This document shows, in pieces, positions 22,800 to 36,400 of a DNA stretch of 64,000 nt (position 1 is the first letter of the stretch; each line of letters opens with the position of its first letter). The notes below the pieces were generated by a model. It saw nothing but the letters and a program-made list of their open reading frames with translations. It was not told where the DNA came from and did no database searches. The stretch covers positions 992,001 to 1,056,000 of the forward strand of contig OZ287083.1 of assembly GCA_965645245.1 (NCBI GenBank). The letters run 5' to 3'. The DNA is from Massalongia carnosa. Lineage: Eukaryota. The translations under genes and the position numbers were made by a program.

Positions 22800-23567
22800 C
22801 TACCTCTCCGCGTGTTGCGCGGAAAGGAGTGGGTCCGCATTGGCAGTTACACCCCCGTCGACAAGGGCCTGGTGCAAGGTAAGGTTATCTTGGAGATAGG
22901 CCTGGAGCCAGTCGAAGCCGGCATTCACCGCATTGCTTTTTTTCGGTTTAGTGCCCTGGGTCTCTACGAGGCCTGGCACGGAGGCGCAGAACTGGGCAAA
23001 TGCTTGTTCTGCTTCGTCTCTCCTCATCTGCTCGGCCAAATTATGCCTGAGTTTTTTCTCCTCTCTCGACAGGATTATCCGTGGGACTTTTTCTATACGA
23101 GGAGAAGAATCGAGTGTATTGGCGAGCTTGCGTTGCTTTGGCCGGGGGGGAGAGGAGACGGTGGGTGACTTGCGCTTCTGACCAGTGGTTGGGGGTGGTT
23201 GGGGTTGCTCATGGTAGATAGCACCGTCTCTACCGTTCCCAGTTGTATATTCGGCCAGAGCTATGGTCCTCTGGTCCGCCGGGAAGTTGTAACTCCCATT
23301 CATCCCCATTCCCGTGCTTTCTGGGTCGGGGTAAGCAGGCGCTGGCTCCGGCGCTGGCTCCGGCGCTACTGCATACTGTTGGACAAACGATTCTGCCGCC
23401 GGTGCTGCTGGGTGCATTTCATCAAAGTCCAACGTCCACGGTGCTGGTTCATACAGCTGTTCAAATGATACTGCCGCTGGGTATGCTGTATTCGACAGCT
23501 CAAATGGTTCTGCCGCCGGGTATGCTAAATTCTGTCCATAGTATGGAGCATTAGCGTATTGGTCCAT
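22800..23567 (-). CDS. Intronless bHLH transcription factor-like protein, 255 aa
   Basis: REEKKLRHNLAEQMRR basic region (H-E-R), helix ending in VPGL, KSNAV second helix; acidic/aromatic N-terminus; KRK/PKQRK possible NLS. Confidence 0.7.
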   Translation of the reverse strand: MDQYANAPYYGQNLAYPAAEPFELSNTAYPAAVSFEQLYEPAPWTLDFDEMHPAAPAAESFVQQYAVAPEPAPEPAPAYPDPESTGMGMNGSYNFPADQRTIALAEYTTGNGRDGAIYHEQPQPPPTTGQKRKSPTVSSPPRPKQRKLANTLDSSPRIEKVPRIILSREEKKLRHNLAEQMRRDEAEQAFAQFCASVPGLVETQGTKPKKSNAVNAGFDWLQAYLQDNLTLHQALVDGGVTANADPLLSAQHAER

Positions 23568-24933
23568 GCTGCCTTTACTTGTGCAAGGTTGAACCTGGGT
23601 TGAAGAGGAAGTGAGAAAGAATTGGAAGGCGGAAGTAAGGATGGAAGGTATATAATATAGCAGTAAAGGCTCAGTAAACCCCTAATGGAAGTAGTGAATA
23701 TAAGTGAGGATAATGATGTAGACGTGGGAGCGAAATTAAGGACGAGAAGTTGTAATGTAGTCAAGTTGATGTTGGGGATGAAGGCGAGGTTGAAATGACA
23801 AAAGGCAAGGAGCAATATATAGGAAACCGCGTCTCACACACTACCTGTTGGGGTTTGATCTGGGCGCTTTAGGAATCAATCAATCCTTGCAAGACATCCA
23901 CCCAGTCTCCTGGTCATCTAGTCCACCATCTACACTATGAAAAAAAAAATCCCTTATCTGTCCCATCGTAGCGTTGATGGCTTGACGATCTGGCATGATT
24001 TGACTGGGATAGCCCATTGCGTTTGGGTTAGCGAACGACGAGCAAACTCAATTTGGAGGGCTTGCACCTGAGGAGGGGGAAAGCAGAACAAGATGAGGTT
24101 GGTTGATTCTAGTGGAAGGGTTCGCGAGTTACCATATCGACAAGATCCAGGAAAAGTCAAAACCAAATCATGTGAAAGATCACAATCTTTACGACATCGA
24201 GCAAGAAATGAATATTTTGATGTAAGATAGAGTTTATGATGCATTACACTTATGCTTTTTCGACAATAGTTTCAACAGTGGATATGATATAAAATAAACT
24301 TTTGGTATCTTCCAAGGGAGAGAATACGAAAAAATAAAATATCGACATCCATACAGAGTGTTCTACTTATCAATAGGAGGATCGGTAGGTCAGGTAGGAA
24401 GTAGCATCCCCAAGGTACCCAGGTAGGTACTGATACTATGTGCACATATGACCCATCCGTCATCAGCCACCGTTCCGGGCATGAAAGTTTTCCAAATAAG
24501 ACTCGAAGTTCCGATCGTCACTGAGTCTGCTAGGCGTTACGCCACATTCAGCCAATCTCACCTATCAACCTCACGGGAAAGTTTGTTCTCATCTTCCACC
24601 AACATGGTTCCGTTCAATCTGTTTGGAAAAGCTATCAGCGTACGGTACGGACAGTGTAAGTAAACATGTGATTATATATCTCGACTTCCCGGCATTACAT
24701 ATCGGCGCTATATACTTTGACCGGAGAACGTCATGGACCCCCGTCACCAGGACTCGGAGGCTGTGTTGAATACCAGTTGAGCGGCAAATTTTATCGGCTC
24801 TGGACCATAGCAGGCTTTGCATGTGTGCTTTAGATGCTTCAACATGGAACCAAGCGCGTGGAAACGGGTATTCATTCAACCAAAGCCAATTGCTATGCTG
24901 ATTAATCTCGACATCTTCACACAAACTCATGTT

Positions 24934-26558
24934 CTACGCCAAGACCCCATGCAGCAACCGGCCCAGCATTCCCCGAACCTTTGCGGAATCATGCTGCGCG
25001 AACGAGAAAAGTACCCCTATGCTCACTGAGAATGCCGCCTTCTCTCGCCATAGATACTATCCGTTCTTGTCAGTCCAAGGGACCGTTACGCGGTCAGGGA
25101 GGACGAACCTTTCTATCATAGCTCCTGGGAAGAAGAGTGGCCGCAGCTTTAGGTGCAACGAAAAACGCCACTTCTTGCCGTCGCTTTGCAGCTTCAATCA
25201 ATATGGACCAACCACATAGCACACACCCTGCACGGATGCAAAGACCTCCATCCCACATCATGGGCGTCACTCTTTTTGAACTCAATATTCGAGGGCCCAA
25301 TTGGGTCCGCGATAGGCAGACCCCATACCAGAAAAGTCCCACAAATGCGCCCAAAAACGCCGAAGACCGCAACGCTTCCTTAAGAGCCCGCCAGAACGCC
25401 TTCCAAGACGGGCTTCTCATTTTTATAAGGAGCTGGAGAGGTAAATATGTGGCCAACGCAAATCTAAATGTCCTCAGAAACCGCACTGCAGCGTGCCAGT
25501 GACATGACGGGCCGAGACCAGTATGTACCACTTCGCAAGGGATTGGGATTGTCTTAGACGGATCACCCCATTCCAACGGCCACTGGAATTCTCTACACAT
25601 ACTTTCTAGAATGAGAACACCTTCCGCCTTGCGCCCGTAGACAAACTCTCCTCTCCGGGCTTGGCGTAGCACTTCAATGAGACGGCGATCAACCTGAGCC
25701 GCTCCTTTGATCCATTTATCATAGGCACGTGGCAGCTTGTACGGATAATAAATCCACGCCCACATTATCATACCCGAACTAGCCGCAAAAACAGAAGCAT
25801 CCACATAGCGGGAGATGAATTGCTCGAGTTGTGTCCACCTCCCATGGGCAGCTCTAGAGGACTGATGGCGAGACCATATGTTGCCGATAATGGTTTCTAT
25901 TGACCGTACCACGGCAAATAGGGTAAGATCCATTGTTCGGCCCGCTATAGGCTTGGAGCAAATGCTAGCCTCGGCGTGAGGTGCTTCGGGAATATTTAGA
26001 TGCGATGATGGTTTCTTACTTCCGGAAGGCTTATTCAACATTTGAAGGCTGAACCAAGCAGCGACCAATGCGGCAAAAAATCGGGATGCTGTAATAGCGA
26101 TCCATGAACGATCTCGCGAGCTACCGCCTCGAAACTTCAATAAAGCCCAAGAGAATACAAACCGCAGCGGTAGCTGGAAAAAGGTATACATTCCTACCAG
26201 GGCTCCGCAAAATGTCGGAAATCTTCCTAGGGCTAGAGGTTCAACCAAAATATGCCGGAGCTAGAAAGGCACATAGCGTTAGCATTATCCTTGACAGATG
26301 GCATATTGGCGAGCAAACCAAGGTAGGCTATCCTAGTCAACCACGTGCGTTTCGTATACAGTTTGGCCTTGAATATGACCATGACAATCTGAGATCATGC
26401 AATCTCAGAGGTTTGTGATGGTGACTTACAGTTTTCATTACCCGCCGGTTTCGTCGATCAGTTTGTAGGCACGAGACCAAAACGCTCAAAACCTTTGGGC
26501 TAGTACTGTAGAGGTAGGCAAAGCCATACGCTTTCAAAAGACTGTGCCATGCACCCAT
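24934..26558 (-). CDS. TMEM135-like integral membrane protein, 3 exons
   Basis: AGRTMDLTLFAVVR, IMWAWIYYPYKLPRAYDKWI, IPIPCEVVH...SCHWHA, RSSAFLGAF, CGWSILIE...RRQE; final exon ends GVLA-TAG at 24934. Confidence 0.72.
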
Positions 26559-28394
26559 AATCAGCCTTGCATCAGACCATGAATGATCCAGGGCTGGAAA
26601 CCCCTTTCTTGAGTATGTCTATGATAGTAGGTAAAGGTTAGAAGAAAATAAGCTCACGGTTGTAGCAAGGGGGCAAGGTAGGTCGGAGTTCTGGACGCAT
26701 GGCGGAGCATTTTCCGTGTCATAATTATGGTTTCGCTAGGTCAGCCAGCTTTGAATATCCCCTCAATTGATTAGCCCGGCCATTGGTTCCACGGTGTTCT
26801 CCATCTCTTCATCGTGATGTTTTCGAGTGTGTATGCTTGATTCGAGAAAGAATTACCATTCTACGTGCAAGGGTTGGTTATTCCAACCTAAACTGCAATA
26901 CTGGCCCACTTCAGTTTTTACCCGGAAGGTCGGAAAGGAGGCTATTTCTAAGTAACTCGGTACTTGGTTAAGTCAAAAGGATAAACTGGAACTTATATTG
27001 AGCTGAAAGAAAGAAAATTAAACTTGGTATTGAGTACACGGTACCTAACCACCTAACCTCGGTACTCTATGAAGTGAAAATAAAGATCTAAGCGAGCTCC
27101 CTGAGATTGATGATCCTTGCAAAATCAATGCACTAGGTAACTTTCGTGCATGAAATCTTCAACGGCGTGTTGTTTATTTTGACTGCACAAATCTTGGAGT
27201 CAAGATTGTGTACTCCGTAGGTTCTCTGCTACTCGCACACTCTATGTGTATATGATATTCCTACTCCGTACACCCCTTCATCTAAGGCAAACCTCTCTTT
27301 CACCAACCATATTTTCCTTCGATTTGCCTGCGATAAAGGCAGCCAAGGGCGATGGAGTTAAGGACGATAACTGGAAGCGCAGAAGGTGAGGGAAGATAAT
27401 GTTGTTATCATTTCGCAATTGATATCGGATTAGCGAAAGAAGTCAGAGACTGTATTTCCAAGGGTTTAGGTTTGTAGCCTGACAAACTGGAGGTTTTTAT
27501 CTTTTCCTATCGGAGACTTTAGAGTTTTCCAAATGAATGTGTACAGGGCGTGTACTCCTTACCCACATAAAAAGTGAATGCTTGGATGGATGGCTTGTTC
27601 TACCGACTTAAGAGAGACTAGCTAAAATCGAAGGGGTAACGATCACGTGGGAGGATGGCATGTTTTCTCATTTATTATGTAAGCCTTGTGTACATTGGGC
27701 CACCACTACTTTCGCTGTCTTTTTACTTGCTGAAATTTGCTTTCACTCAGCTAGATTTAGATGCCGAAGTTTTTAACTATGGCTTATCGGCTGTTGCACT
27801 CTTGGATGGCCGACCTCGCTTCTGCAGGCTCAAACAGAACTTTAGGACCAGCTCCTTCTACGCCCAAACCAGACCTGGCCATCTAGTTGTTTATCATGAG
27901 TTATAACCTGTAGTAGACGTTCACGAGTCTGTCTGTGCGCTTGTATCGGATTTTGGAAGTAATTTCCACAAATTATCCTCGTTTCTGTTACCCTGTCTTT
28001 ACGGAAATGCCTCGTAGAACTGGTGTATGGCTGAGCCTACGTTGCTTGTTCGTAATTGCTTTCGCGGGACGACCAATCTCCAGATCGTACAACCTTTCAC
28101 CTCGTTGTCCCCTGTCTCAAGTACGATATTCGTATAGTGTATATAAATACTAGATTGAGGGTTGACGAAGACTGGACTTCTCCCCCGTCTTAGCTCTTGT
28201 ATGTAAAGTAATGGCCGGCTGGATTGGCCATGGACCACCTCCTCAGAGAAATATCCCTCTTTAGTTGTCTGACTACCAATGGACTCTATGGCTGCTCTCC
28301 GAGAATGACTCCCACCGGCGAAGGTAATATCCACTATGCTAGGATACGTAGATTTATTATTATTCGCTTTCCTCGGCACCATCTCTGAATTTCA

Positions 28395-30625
28395 TCGGCT
28401 CAAGCCCGATAAAGCACCAGGTCCTGACGGCATATCTAATAGAGTACTCAAGGCATGCGCGGAAAAACTTGTTGAATTATCAACACCTCTGTTTCAGGCG
28501 TGCGTTATGTACACTTTCGTACCATCCCCGAGCCTTCAAAATGGCAAACACAATAACATTAAGAAAATAGACAAATGAAATTACACCACGTCGAAGGCTT
28601 ACCGACCAATTGCATTACACAACACGCTCAGCAAAGTAATGGAATCTATCATAGGATCAAAAATAACCCATTTAGCGGAAACACATCGGCTCCTACCCGA
28701 CAGACAGATGGGAGCGAGAAAGGGCAGATCTACAGAATCAGCTCTGGAGTTACTAACCGAACAGGTTCACACGATTTGGGGACAAGGAAAAGATAAAGTA
28801 GCCACGCTTTTAAGCATGGACTTCGCCGGCGCGTTTGATACAGTTTCACACCAAAGACTAAAGCACAATCTACGTAAAAGAAAAATCCCGAAATGGATCA
28901 CTGATTGGTTAAACAGCTTTTTAGATGATCGTAGCACAACTCTAGCTATAAATCGAAAAGCGACCGGACGATTCGCGGTGAGAACTGGCATACCACAGGG
29001 CTCCCCTCTCTCATCCATTCTTTATCTATTCTATAATGCAGACCTATTGGAAATATGTGAGCGACCAGGCACAAACACAAGTGCCATAGGATTTGTAGAC
29101 GATGCCAACATTTTGGCATACGGAAAAAGCACCGAAGAAAATTGCAAGACTCTGGAGTCAATACACAGACAATGCGAAAAGTGGGCTTCCCGACACGGAT
29201 CCCTATTCGCTCCGACGAAGTACGAACTCATTCACTTGTCTAGAAATCCCAAAAGATTCAATATGGCTGCATCCATCAACATTGCAAGCATCGAAATTGA
29301 ACCCAGAACGGACATTAGAGTCTTAGGCTTACAGATTGACACCAAGTTGAAATGGGGGCTGCACGTTCGCAAAACTCAAAAGAAAATGATCAAACAATCA
29401 ATGGCATTGACAAAAATCTCCACATCGACCTGGGGTGCCACCTTCACCAAAGCAAGGCAAGTTTACAGCGCCGTAGTGCGTCCGGTCATGACATACGGGT
29501 CAATCGTATGGCACATGCCCAAAGAAGTCAAAAAGTCAAAAACGTCAACGAGTAAGCTCTCCGTTATGCAAAACAACTGCCTTCGCACCATAGCCGGTGC
29601 CTTTAAAGCCACTCCCATTCCAGTTCTTGAAGCAGAGACATACATAGCACCCATGGATGTACACCTCGACACGTTACAGGCGCAGGCCAGACATCGACTC
29701 CGAGCCGAAGGTCAATCGAAGGTCATTTCTTCCGCATGCAGCAAAATAGTTAACAAACTCCGAGGCAAGGCAGGTCGCAAACGCCTTCAAAAATCCACTC
29801 CGGGAGAGCTGAAGCACACCTGGGCCAAAAACCTACTGATCGACGCAAAAATCGTTCAACCACCCAAAGCACACCCACCATGGTCCGACCCCCCCCCCAG
29901 CGCATCTCCGCGAAGTCTCCGTAGCAGCGTTGGCTCGTCAAAAACAAATGCAGACAATTAAAGCACGACAGCTGAAAGTCTGGAACGACTCGTGGAGCGC
30001 ATATCAAAATCGCGTCACCGAACCCTCCATAGCGCAATCAGTCCCAATGAGCAAAAAACGACTGAAAATACACACGCTGCTAAAAAAGGCAGAAAGCGCC
30101 TTGACAACACAGATCCGCACCGGTAAGATCGGTCTAGCTGACTTCCTCTACCAGCGACGGGTCCCCGCCGTCACCTCATCGGCCTGCCCATGTGGCTGGC
30201 ACAGACAAACTCCAGAACACGTATTCATGTTCTGTAGACTTATTGACAATAGAGAACAGATGTTTCGCGCCGCTGGCACGAACAACTATCAACAGCTAAC
30301 TGAAACATCAAAAACTCTAAAGATATTAACTGCTTGGCTAATGAAAACAGGTCTACTGACCCAATTCTCACTGGCGTCTACACTATTGTACAATCAACAG
30401 TAGTTTCACTTCTCTTTTCCTTCCCATCTCACAAGGCGTCACAGTTCTCAAAATATTTTCGCTCTGCGTCTCCTGTGCGACGTCGACCCGGTGTCACATC
30501 GGACAGGTATCAAGGGATATGGTTTTTACACCTGAAAAAGGTTTTCCATGTAACATAACTTAGATAGCTTTGCCCGCATAGGCCGGCCTACGGCCGGTGA
30601 CATATCGGAGTATGAATACATCATC
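28395..30625 (+). mobile_element. 5'-truncated LINE (Tad1-like non-LTR retrotransposon): RT plus C-terminal zinc knuckle, degenerate
   Basis: KAPGPDGI, MDFAGAFDTV, GIPQGSPLS, GFVDD, CPCG...QTPEHVFMFC; frameshifts near 28510-28590 and ~29890; (CAT)n tail; possible TSD ATTTCA at 28389 and 30626. Confidence 0.9.
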
Positions 30626-32067
30626 ATTTCACGACCCCGAATAAAGCGGCTCTAGCTCGCTCGAGGCTGATCGGGTTCGATAATTACCCGGGGATCGAAG
30701 TATAGCTCATCCCCTTCGCTTGCGTAGAATGCTGGAAGCCTTGATTCTAGTGTAATTCCTAAGAGTTTCTCTATGAACCTAAACTGTATATCGTACTCTA
30801 GCCCTCCAAGTCGGGACTCGGGTCGATAAACTTTGCTAGTGATCTTAAAGTCCAGTCCCTTTCGCTTCAGGTCCCTAGGAAATTTTGGCATGGCGAGAGC
30901 AGAACTTATCATCATAGGGTGTCAGTATAATAATAACTTTCTTTGCCGTCATAGTAAGGGAATTTGAAACCGTTTAAAACACCGAGACTATGTATCCAAT
31001 TGAAACCACCTACTTACCGCTCACTCTGCAGTAATAGCTCTAGCTAAATCTATAGCAAATCTTCTTGTTTGTCTAGATATCAAGAATCCAACGTAAATTA
31101 ATGACGGATCTAAGAAACTGGTCCGGAAAAGCAATTTCAAACTTCGATATGAAATTAAGCTTCATATTAACTCAAAAAGAAAAACACGAAGAAAAGAGAT
31201 TTTAGAGACAAATAGAAATACTGCAATCTTTATAAAGTCTTGCAGGGCACCATTATTTCTTAACTTGTTTCACAGATGATGCTAGCATTAAATTCTAATA
31301 AAGACTTTTCTCTGAGTTCTGATGTAGATACGTGGCTATTACAATGATTAGAGAAGCCTGCTAGGTCAGAAACCTCTACGTGGTGCAGGCTATCAAACCT
31401 CCTCGGAAGTGGCCAATATCTGATAATCGCCAACGCGGAAGCCCACCTTGGTGGCCGTTTGAATGATCAACGTCTCTACTGATCATTCACCACTTCGAAG
31501 GCATACAAAGCCCATTCATTCGGAATGGCCACACTTCCACACCTTCATTTATACGACACCACGATCTGCCCTCGATCACGGTCAGTCTTTCCTTCATTGA
31601 GTCAAAACGGTTAAAGAGAGAGAATGTTCGTCGAACGTGTGGAGATACACTGTCTAGTTCATCGAGTCTACAGGATTCCTAGCGCATGAAGATCTGAGTG
31701 TATGCACCGCGTGGTAGAAGAACGATTTCGTTGCGTTCAATATGGGAATAAGGGAGTGGTTTTACCCTGGGGGCCAGGTTTCCAATTCCTGACTGTTGTT
31801 ATGTACATAAATAGCAGTCACAGCGTCATATCCTTAGGATGCATACGCTTAATGGAATTAATAATATTAAAATGATAAGAAACTAAGTGTTGAACTATTC
31901 TCACGAAATAAGGTGAAGCGGGCGATGAATGTGCCACACCCACTTGTGGCACGATGACTCGGGTAAATATTTATCCAAACGCGCGGCTGTATTGATGTTG
32001 CCGTCATAGCTTTATAGAACAATTAACTTAAGGATAGAGTAAAGTGCTACATTTTATACACCCATCT

Positions 32068-32979
32068 ATGAATAGATCTATATTCTCAGGAAAATGGGTA
32101 CACATTACTTTGCCCAGAGTTGCAGGACGGCAAAGCTCTCAAACGCTTATGTCATCAAACACTAGGCGGGTCACAACTGCATCCAAATCACGACAAAATG
32201 CGGTGCCTAATATGTACCACTTACGAGCACCATTTTCCCATAGAAATACCTCGACACTGTGAGTGGACCGGGCCACAAAGTATTTTTGTTGCTAAATGCA
32301 CTAGATACTACTCACTTAGCATTATACTCGGAACTGTTGCTCTTTCTTATGGCTCCGTGCCGATGTATAAAATGGTTAGCCGATCCGATAATTTTCGCGT
32401 TGAAAAATCTGCTCATGTTGCAACCAGATATGCCAGCAAACCGGCTGGGGCGGCCAGCCCATCAAAGCTTCCATTCACTCATCTGCAGAAGATCCTTCAG
32501 CACGGTTACAACCCGTTACCTCTTCTCGTCGCCTTCGGATCACTTTCAATGGATCTGTATCAGACGTTATGCCATGGAAATTTGTTCCCCAACAGCGAGA
32601 AGTTCGAGTCCTTCCTGGAGAAACTGCCCTTGCCTTTTACACAGCAACAAATAAGAGTGACGAGGACATCATTGGGGTTGCAACCTACAGCGTCACGCCT
32701 GCGCAGGTCGCCCCATATTTCAGCAAAATCCAATGTTTCTGTTTTGAGGAGCAAAGACTCAACGCCGGAGAAACCGTGGATATGCCTGTTTTCTTTTTCA
32801 TCGATCCAGATTTTGTTAATGATCCAACCATGAACAAAATTGATACCATTACGCTATCTTATACTTTCTTCAGTTAGTCTTCTTCGTCCACAAATACGGC
32901 CGTATAAACTAAACCGAAATCAGAAGCTAGATATGACAAAAACGGTAATTTAACGCCGATGCCGATAGGGATGGGATAG
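32068..32979 (+). CDS. COX11: Cytochrome c oxidase copper chaperone Cox11, 4 exons
   Basis: SYGSVPMYKM/ICQQTGWGG, WKFVPQQREV, YFSKIQCFCFEEQRL, MPVFFFIDP. Confidence 0.95.
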
Positions 32980-33458
32980 TGGAATCTCAATCCGTATTAT
33001 TAGCACTTGAATTCAAATCTCATCAAGAGAGTTGAATAGTATCAGTGGTATACCTAAAGGACTTGCATCCCCCAGAATATCTGGTCGCAAAATTCAGATT
33101 CAATTAAGCATACAGCTACTGGGTTTATGAAGCGCCGTGGGTAGACTCTAAGGCTGGGTTACATAACTCCGTCTCGCCCGAGAGGTGTCGCATTAGGCTT
33201 CCGCAGAGCTGCCCCTAAAGAACTTTGTACAGCGGCTTAAAGCATACTTGGGCTTCTATAGATAGATAGATAGATATATTCTTACGCCGATATGTCAGCG
33301 GCCGAAGGCCGGCCCATGCGGGATGGACTACTATGCTACAGGAAAAACCTTTAAGAGGAATAAAAACCCATTGCCAACGCTGCGCGTACGAGGTCCCAAC
33401 GACCTCCAGCTGTGCTGCTCGTGTGCTTTTTCGATGAGTCCCTTGAATGAAAAGAAAA

Positions 33459-36400
33459 TTATTGCTTGTATAGCAAGCTTGCCGATAAAGAAAATTGCGC
33501 CAAAACGCCAGCTTCGATAATCCATCTCGTTACCTGTTTCAATGTTTTGGATGTTTCGAGTATCGTACGATATTCGTTGGTATTTATACGCCGATACAGC
33601 TCTTGTCTTCCCGCCATTAATGGGCAGTGCATGATTACGTGTTTGGCCGTTTGCTGGGGCCAACCACAGCTGCAGGCCGCCGTCGTCACGTTGGGAACTC
33701 GTCGTTTAAATAGAAAACTTGCCAGACCTATTTTTTCCGTGCGAATTTGGGTAGCTAACGCGCTTTCCGCTTTTGCCAGATTGTCGTGTATTTTGATTCT
33801 TCCTTTGGTTAAGGAAGCGCGCTGTGCTTCGGTGGGAAAGGGTACGCGATCTTGATATGCTTTCCAGGTTGTCTGCCATTTCGTTTTGTAATGCGCTTTT
33901 GTGGCTTTCGTGTGAGCGTTGCGACTCATCCTTACTGCATTGGCTGTGAGCATGTGTTGCTCCGTAGGCGTGATCTAGGGTGGGTGCGGCGTTGGGGCTG
34001 CGGTGGGTATGGCGCTGATCACTGTGGTTTTGGCCCATTCGTGCTTGAGCATTCCTGGGGTCGGTTTCGGCGATCTTTTCTTGCCCGCTTTTCCGCGCAA
34101 CTTGCGTTCTATCTCCTTGCAGAAAGACGAGATGAGTCTCGTTTGCCCGGCGGTTCGTTGGCGATATCTCGCTTTGACTTGTAATTCTTCCAAATGCGAT
34201 TCTATAGACGTCACGTGCGTTTCGGTTTCCAATACTGGAATCGGGGTGGCCCGAAATGCACCCGTTATTGTTCGCAAGCACTTGTTTTGCATGACCGCCA
34301 GCTTGCTCGTCGCGGCTTTGCTTTTCCCTATTTCTTTCGGTGTGTGCCATACGGCGGATGCGTAGGTCATTGCCGGACGAACGACTGCAATATAAACCTG
34401 TCTGGCCTTCGAGAACGAGGCTCCCCATGTGGACGCGGAGATCCTGGTCAGTGCACCCGATTGTTTCGCCATTTTTTCTTGAGTTTTCCGTACATGGGCT
34501 CCCCATCTCAGTTTGGTGTCGATTTGTAGACCCAGCACCCTGATATCCGGTTTGGGTTCGATCGTTTTTGTGCTTATCCTGATGGTGGCCGTCATGTCGA
34601 ATTTTTTCGGATTTCTGGACAGATGAATAAGCTCGTATTTGCTCGGGGCAAACACGGAGCCGTGGCGTAAAGACCATCTCTCGCATTCCTTGTGAATTCT
34701 TTCTAGCGTTCTGCAGTTTTCCTCGGTGCTTTTGCCGTATGCCAGAACGTTGACGTCGTCTACGAAGCCCAGTGAGCTTGTATTCGTGCCTGGTCTTTGA
34801 CATATTTCCAGCAGGTCTGCGTTGTAGAATAAATATAGAATCGGGGAAATGGGAGAGCCCTGAGGGATCCCTGTTCTCACATCGAATACGTCGGTGGTGC
34901 GTCGTTGGATCGTAAGCGTTGTCCTTCTTTCGCTCAAGAAGCTCTCGGTCCAATCGGTAATCCATTTGGGAATCTTTCTCTTTCGCAGATTGTGTATCAA
35001 TCTTTGGTGAGATACGGTATCGAACGCTCCTGCTACGTCCATGCTGAGCAGTGTTGCCACCTTGTCGTTGCCCTGGCCCCAGACCGTGTGCACCTGTTCC
35101 GTGAGAAGTTCCAGTGCCGATTCGGTGGATCTTCCTCTACGAGCCCCCATCTGCATGTCGGGTAGCAGGTTATTGCTCTCGGCCATGTGGGTGATTCTTC
35201 TTGCGATCACTGCTTCTAGTACCTTGCCCATTGTGTTCAATAACGCTATCGGTCGATAGGCTTTCGGGGTCGTGTAATCGTCTTTGCCCGGTTTTTTCAG
35301 CGTGATTGTGTTTGCGATTTTGAAGGCTCGAGGATGGTACGCGAGCGTTACGCAGGCCTGATACAGTGGGGTGAGTAGGTCCGTTAGCTTCTCGGCGCAT
35401 GCTTTTAGGATTCTGTTGGAAATGCCGTCCGGTCCGGACGCCTTGTCCGCACTGAGTCGTTGGATGTTCGTAAGAACCTCTTCTCTCGTTATTCTCTCTG
35501 GGCATTCGATTTCGGCGGGATAGAACGCTCCGGGTATGTCGCGTAGATCCGCCGGGGGCGGTGCTGGAAAGAAAGTGCTCTTAAGCATTTCTGATTTCTC
35601 TTCGAATGTGAACGCTTTTTGATCGTTGAATTCGAGCGATGGCATTTTCGGTACTTCGCGGCCTGCATTGCTCTTGTTTTTGGCCCATTTGGCGAGTTTC
35701 CAGATTCCCTGGGGCGATTCGGTGGCGCGGCTTATCTCTTTACGAAACGAGAGCGTTTTCGCTTTTTGAATTATCTTTTGTTTTTTGTCGTTCGCCTTCA
35801 TGTACGCTATCCAATCTTCCCTGAGATGTGTGGCGCTCCATATTCTGCGCAGTCTGCGGGATTGCTTTGTGGCGTCGTTGCATTCGGGATTCCAAAAGGG
35901 TTTTGCGTGTGCGCTTGGTTTCGCCCACGGGACGGAAGCGGCGATCACCCGCTGAAGAAACTTCTGTATGGCGTGAGTGTATTCGTCAATCCCCTCGCGC
36001 GAGCGTGGGTGACTCGTAGGGGGGGCGGTCTGCTCAGCCTCTCTTAGCTTTTCCATGTTCAGAAGCTTCTAGGCTCGGCGTTTGATGGGCGTAGGTATCT
36101 CGTAGCCTAGTAGGATGCGGGTAGATATCGGGATGTGATCTGACGATTGATTCAAGTCGGGTCTCGTCTTGCAATGCTCTACTCTTTCTGCTAAGTATTC
36201 CGACATGAATACTAGATCTATGGTGCTGAACGACCCTCGAGCTTCCCACGTCACTGAGCCTTTGGGCAGTGTTAACGATAGGTCGTGATTCTCTACTAGA
36301 TCTAGCAGATGGTCGGCTGCGGTGTGCTGAGTGGGCCTCGTAAGGCCGTTCCAGAGCGGATGGTGTAGATTGAAATCGCCGATCACAACGTGTTCCGCCT

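Noticed and set aside
18100..24600. Starship or other giant-element cargo block
   Set aside because: No tyrosine-recombinase captain and no identifiable termini or target duplication
27660..31400. Possible RIP-eroded minus-strand gene split by the first LINE (ORFs 27999-28382 and 30652-30915)
   Set aside because: No recognisable motif; any stop codon can be read as a C>T product, so this is not evidence on its own
31720..31800. tRNA-like appearance (CCAGG-TTTCCAATT-CCTG)
   Set aside because: No canonical TTCRA loop or convincing D and anticodon arms; cannot support a tRNA call without tRNAscan
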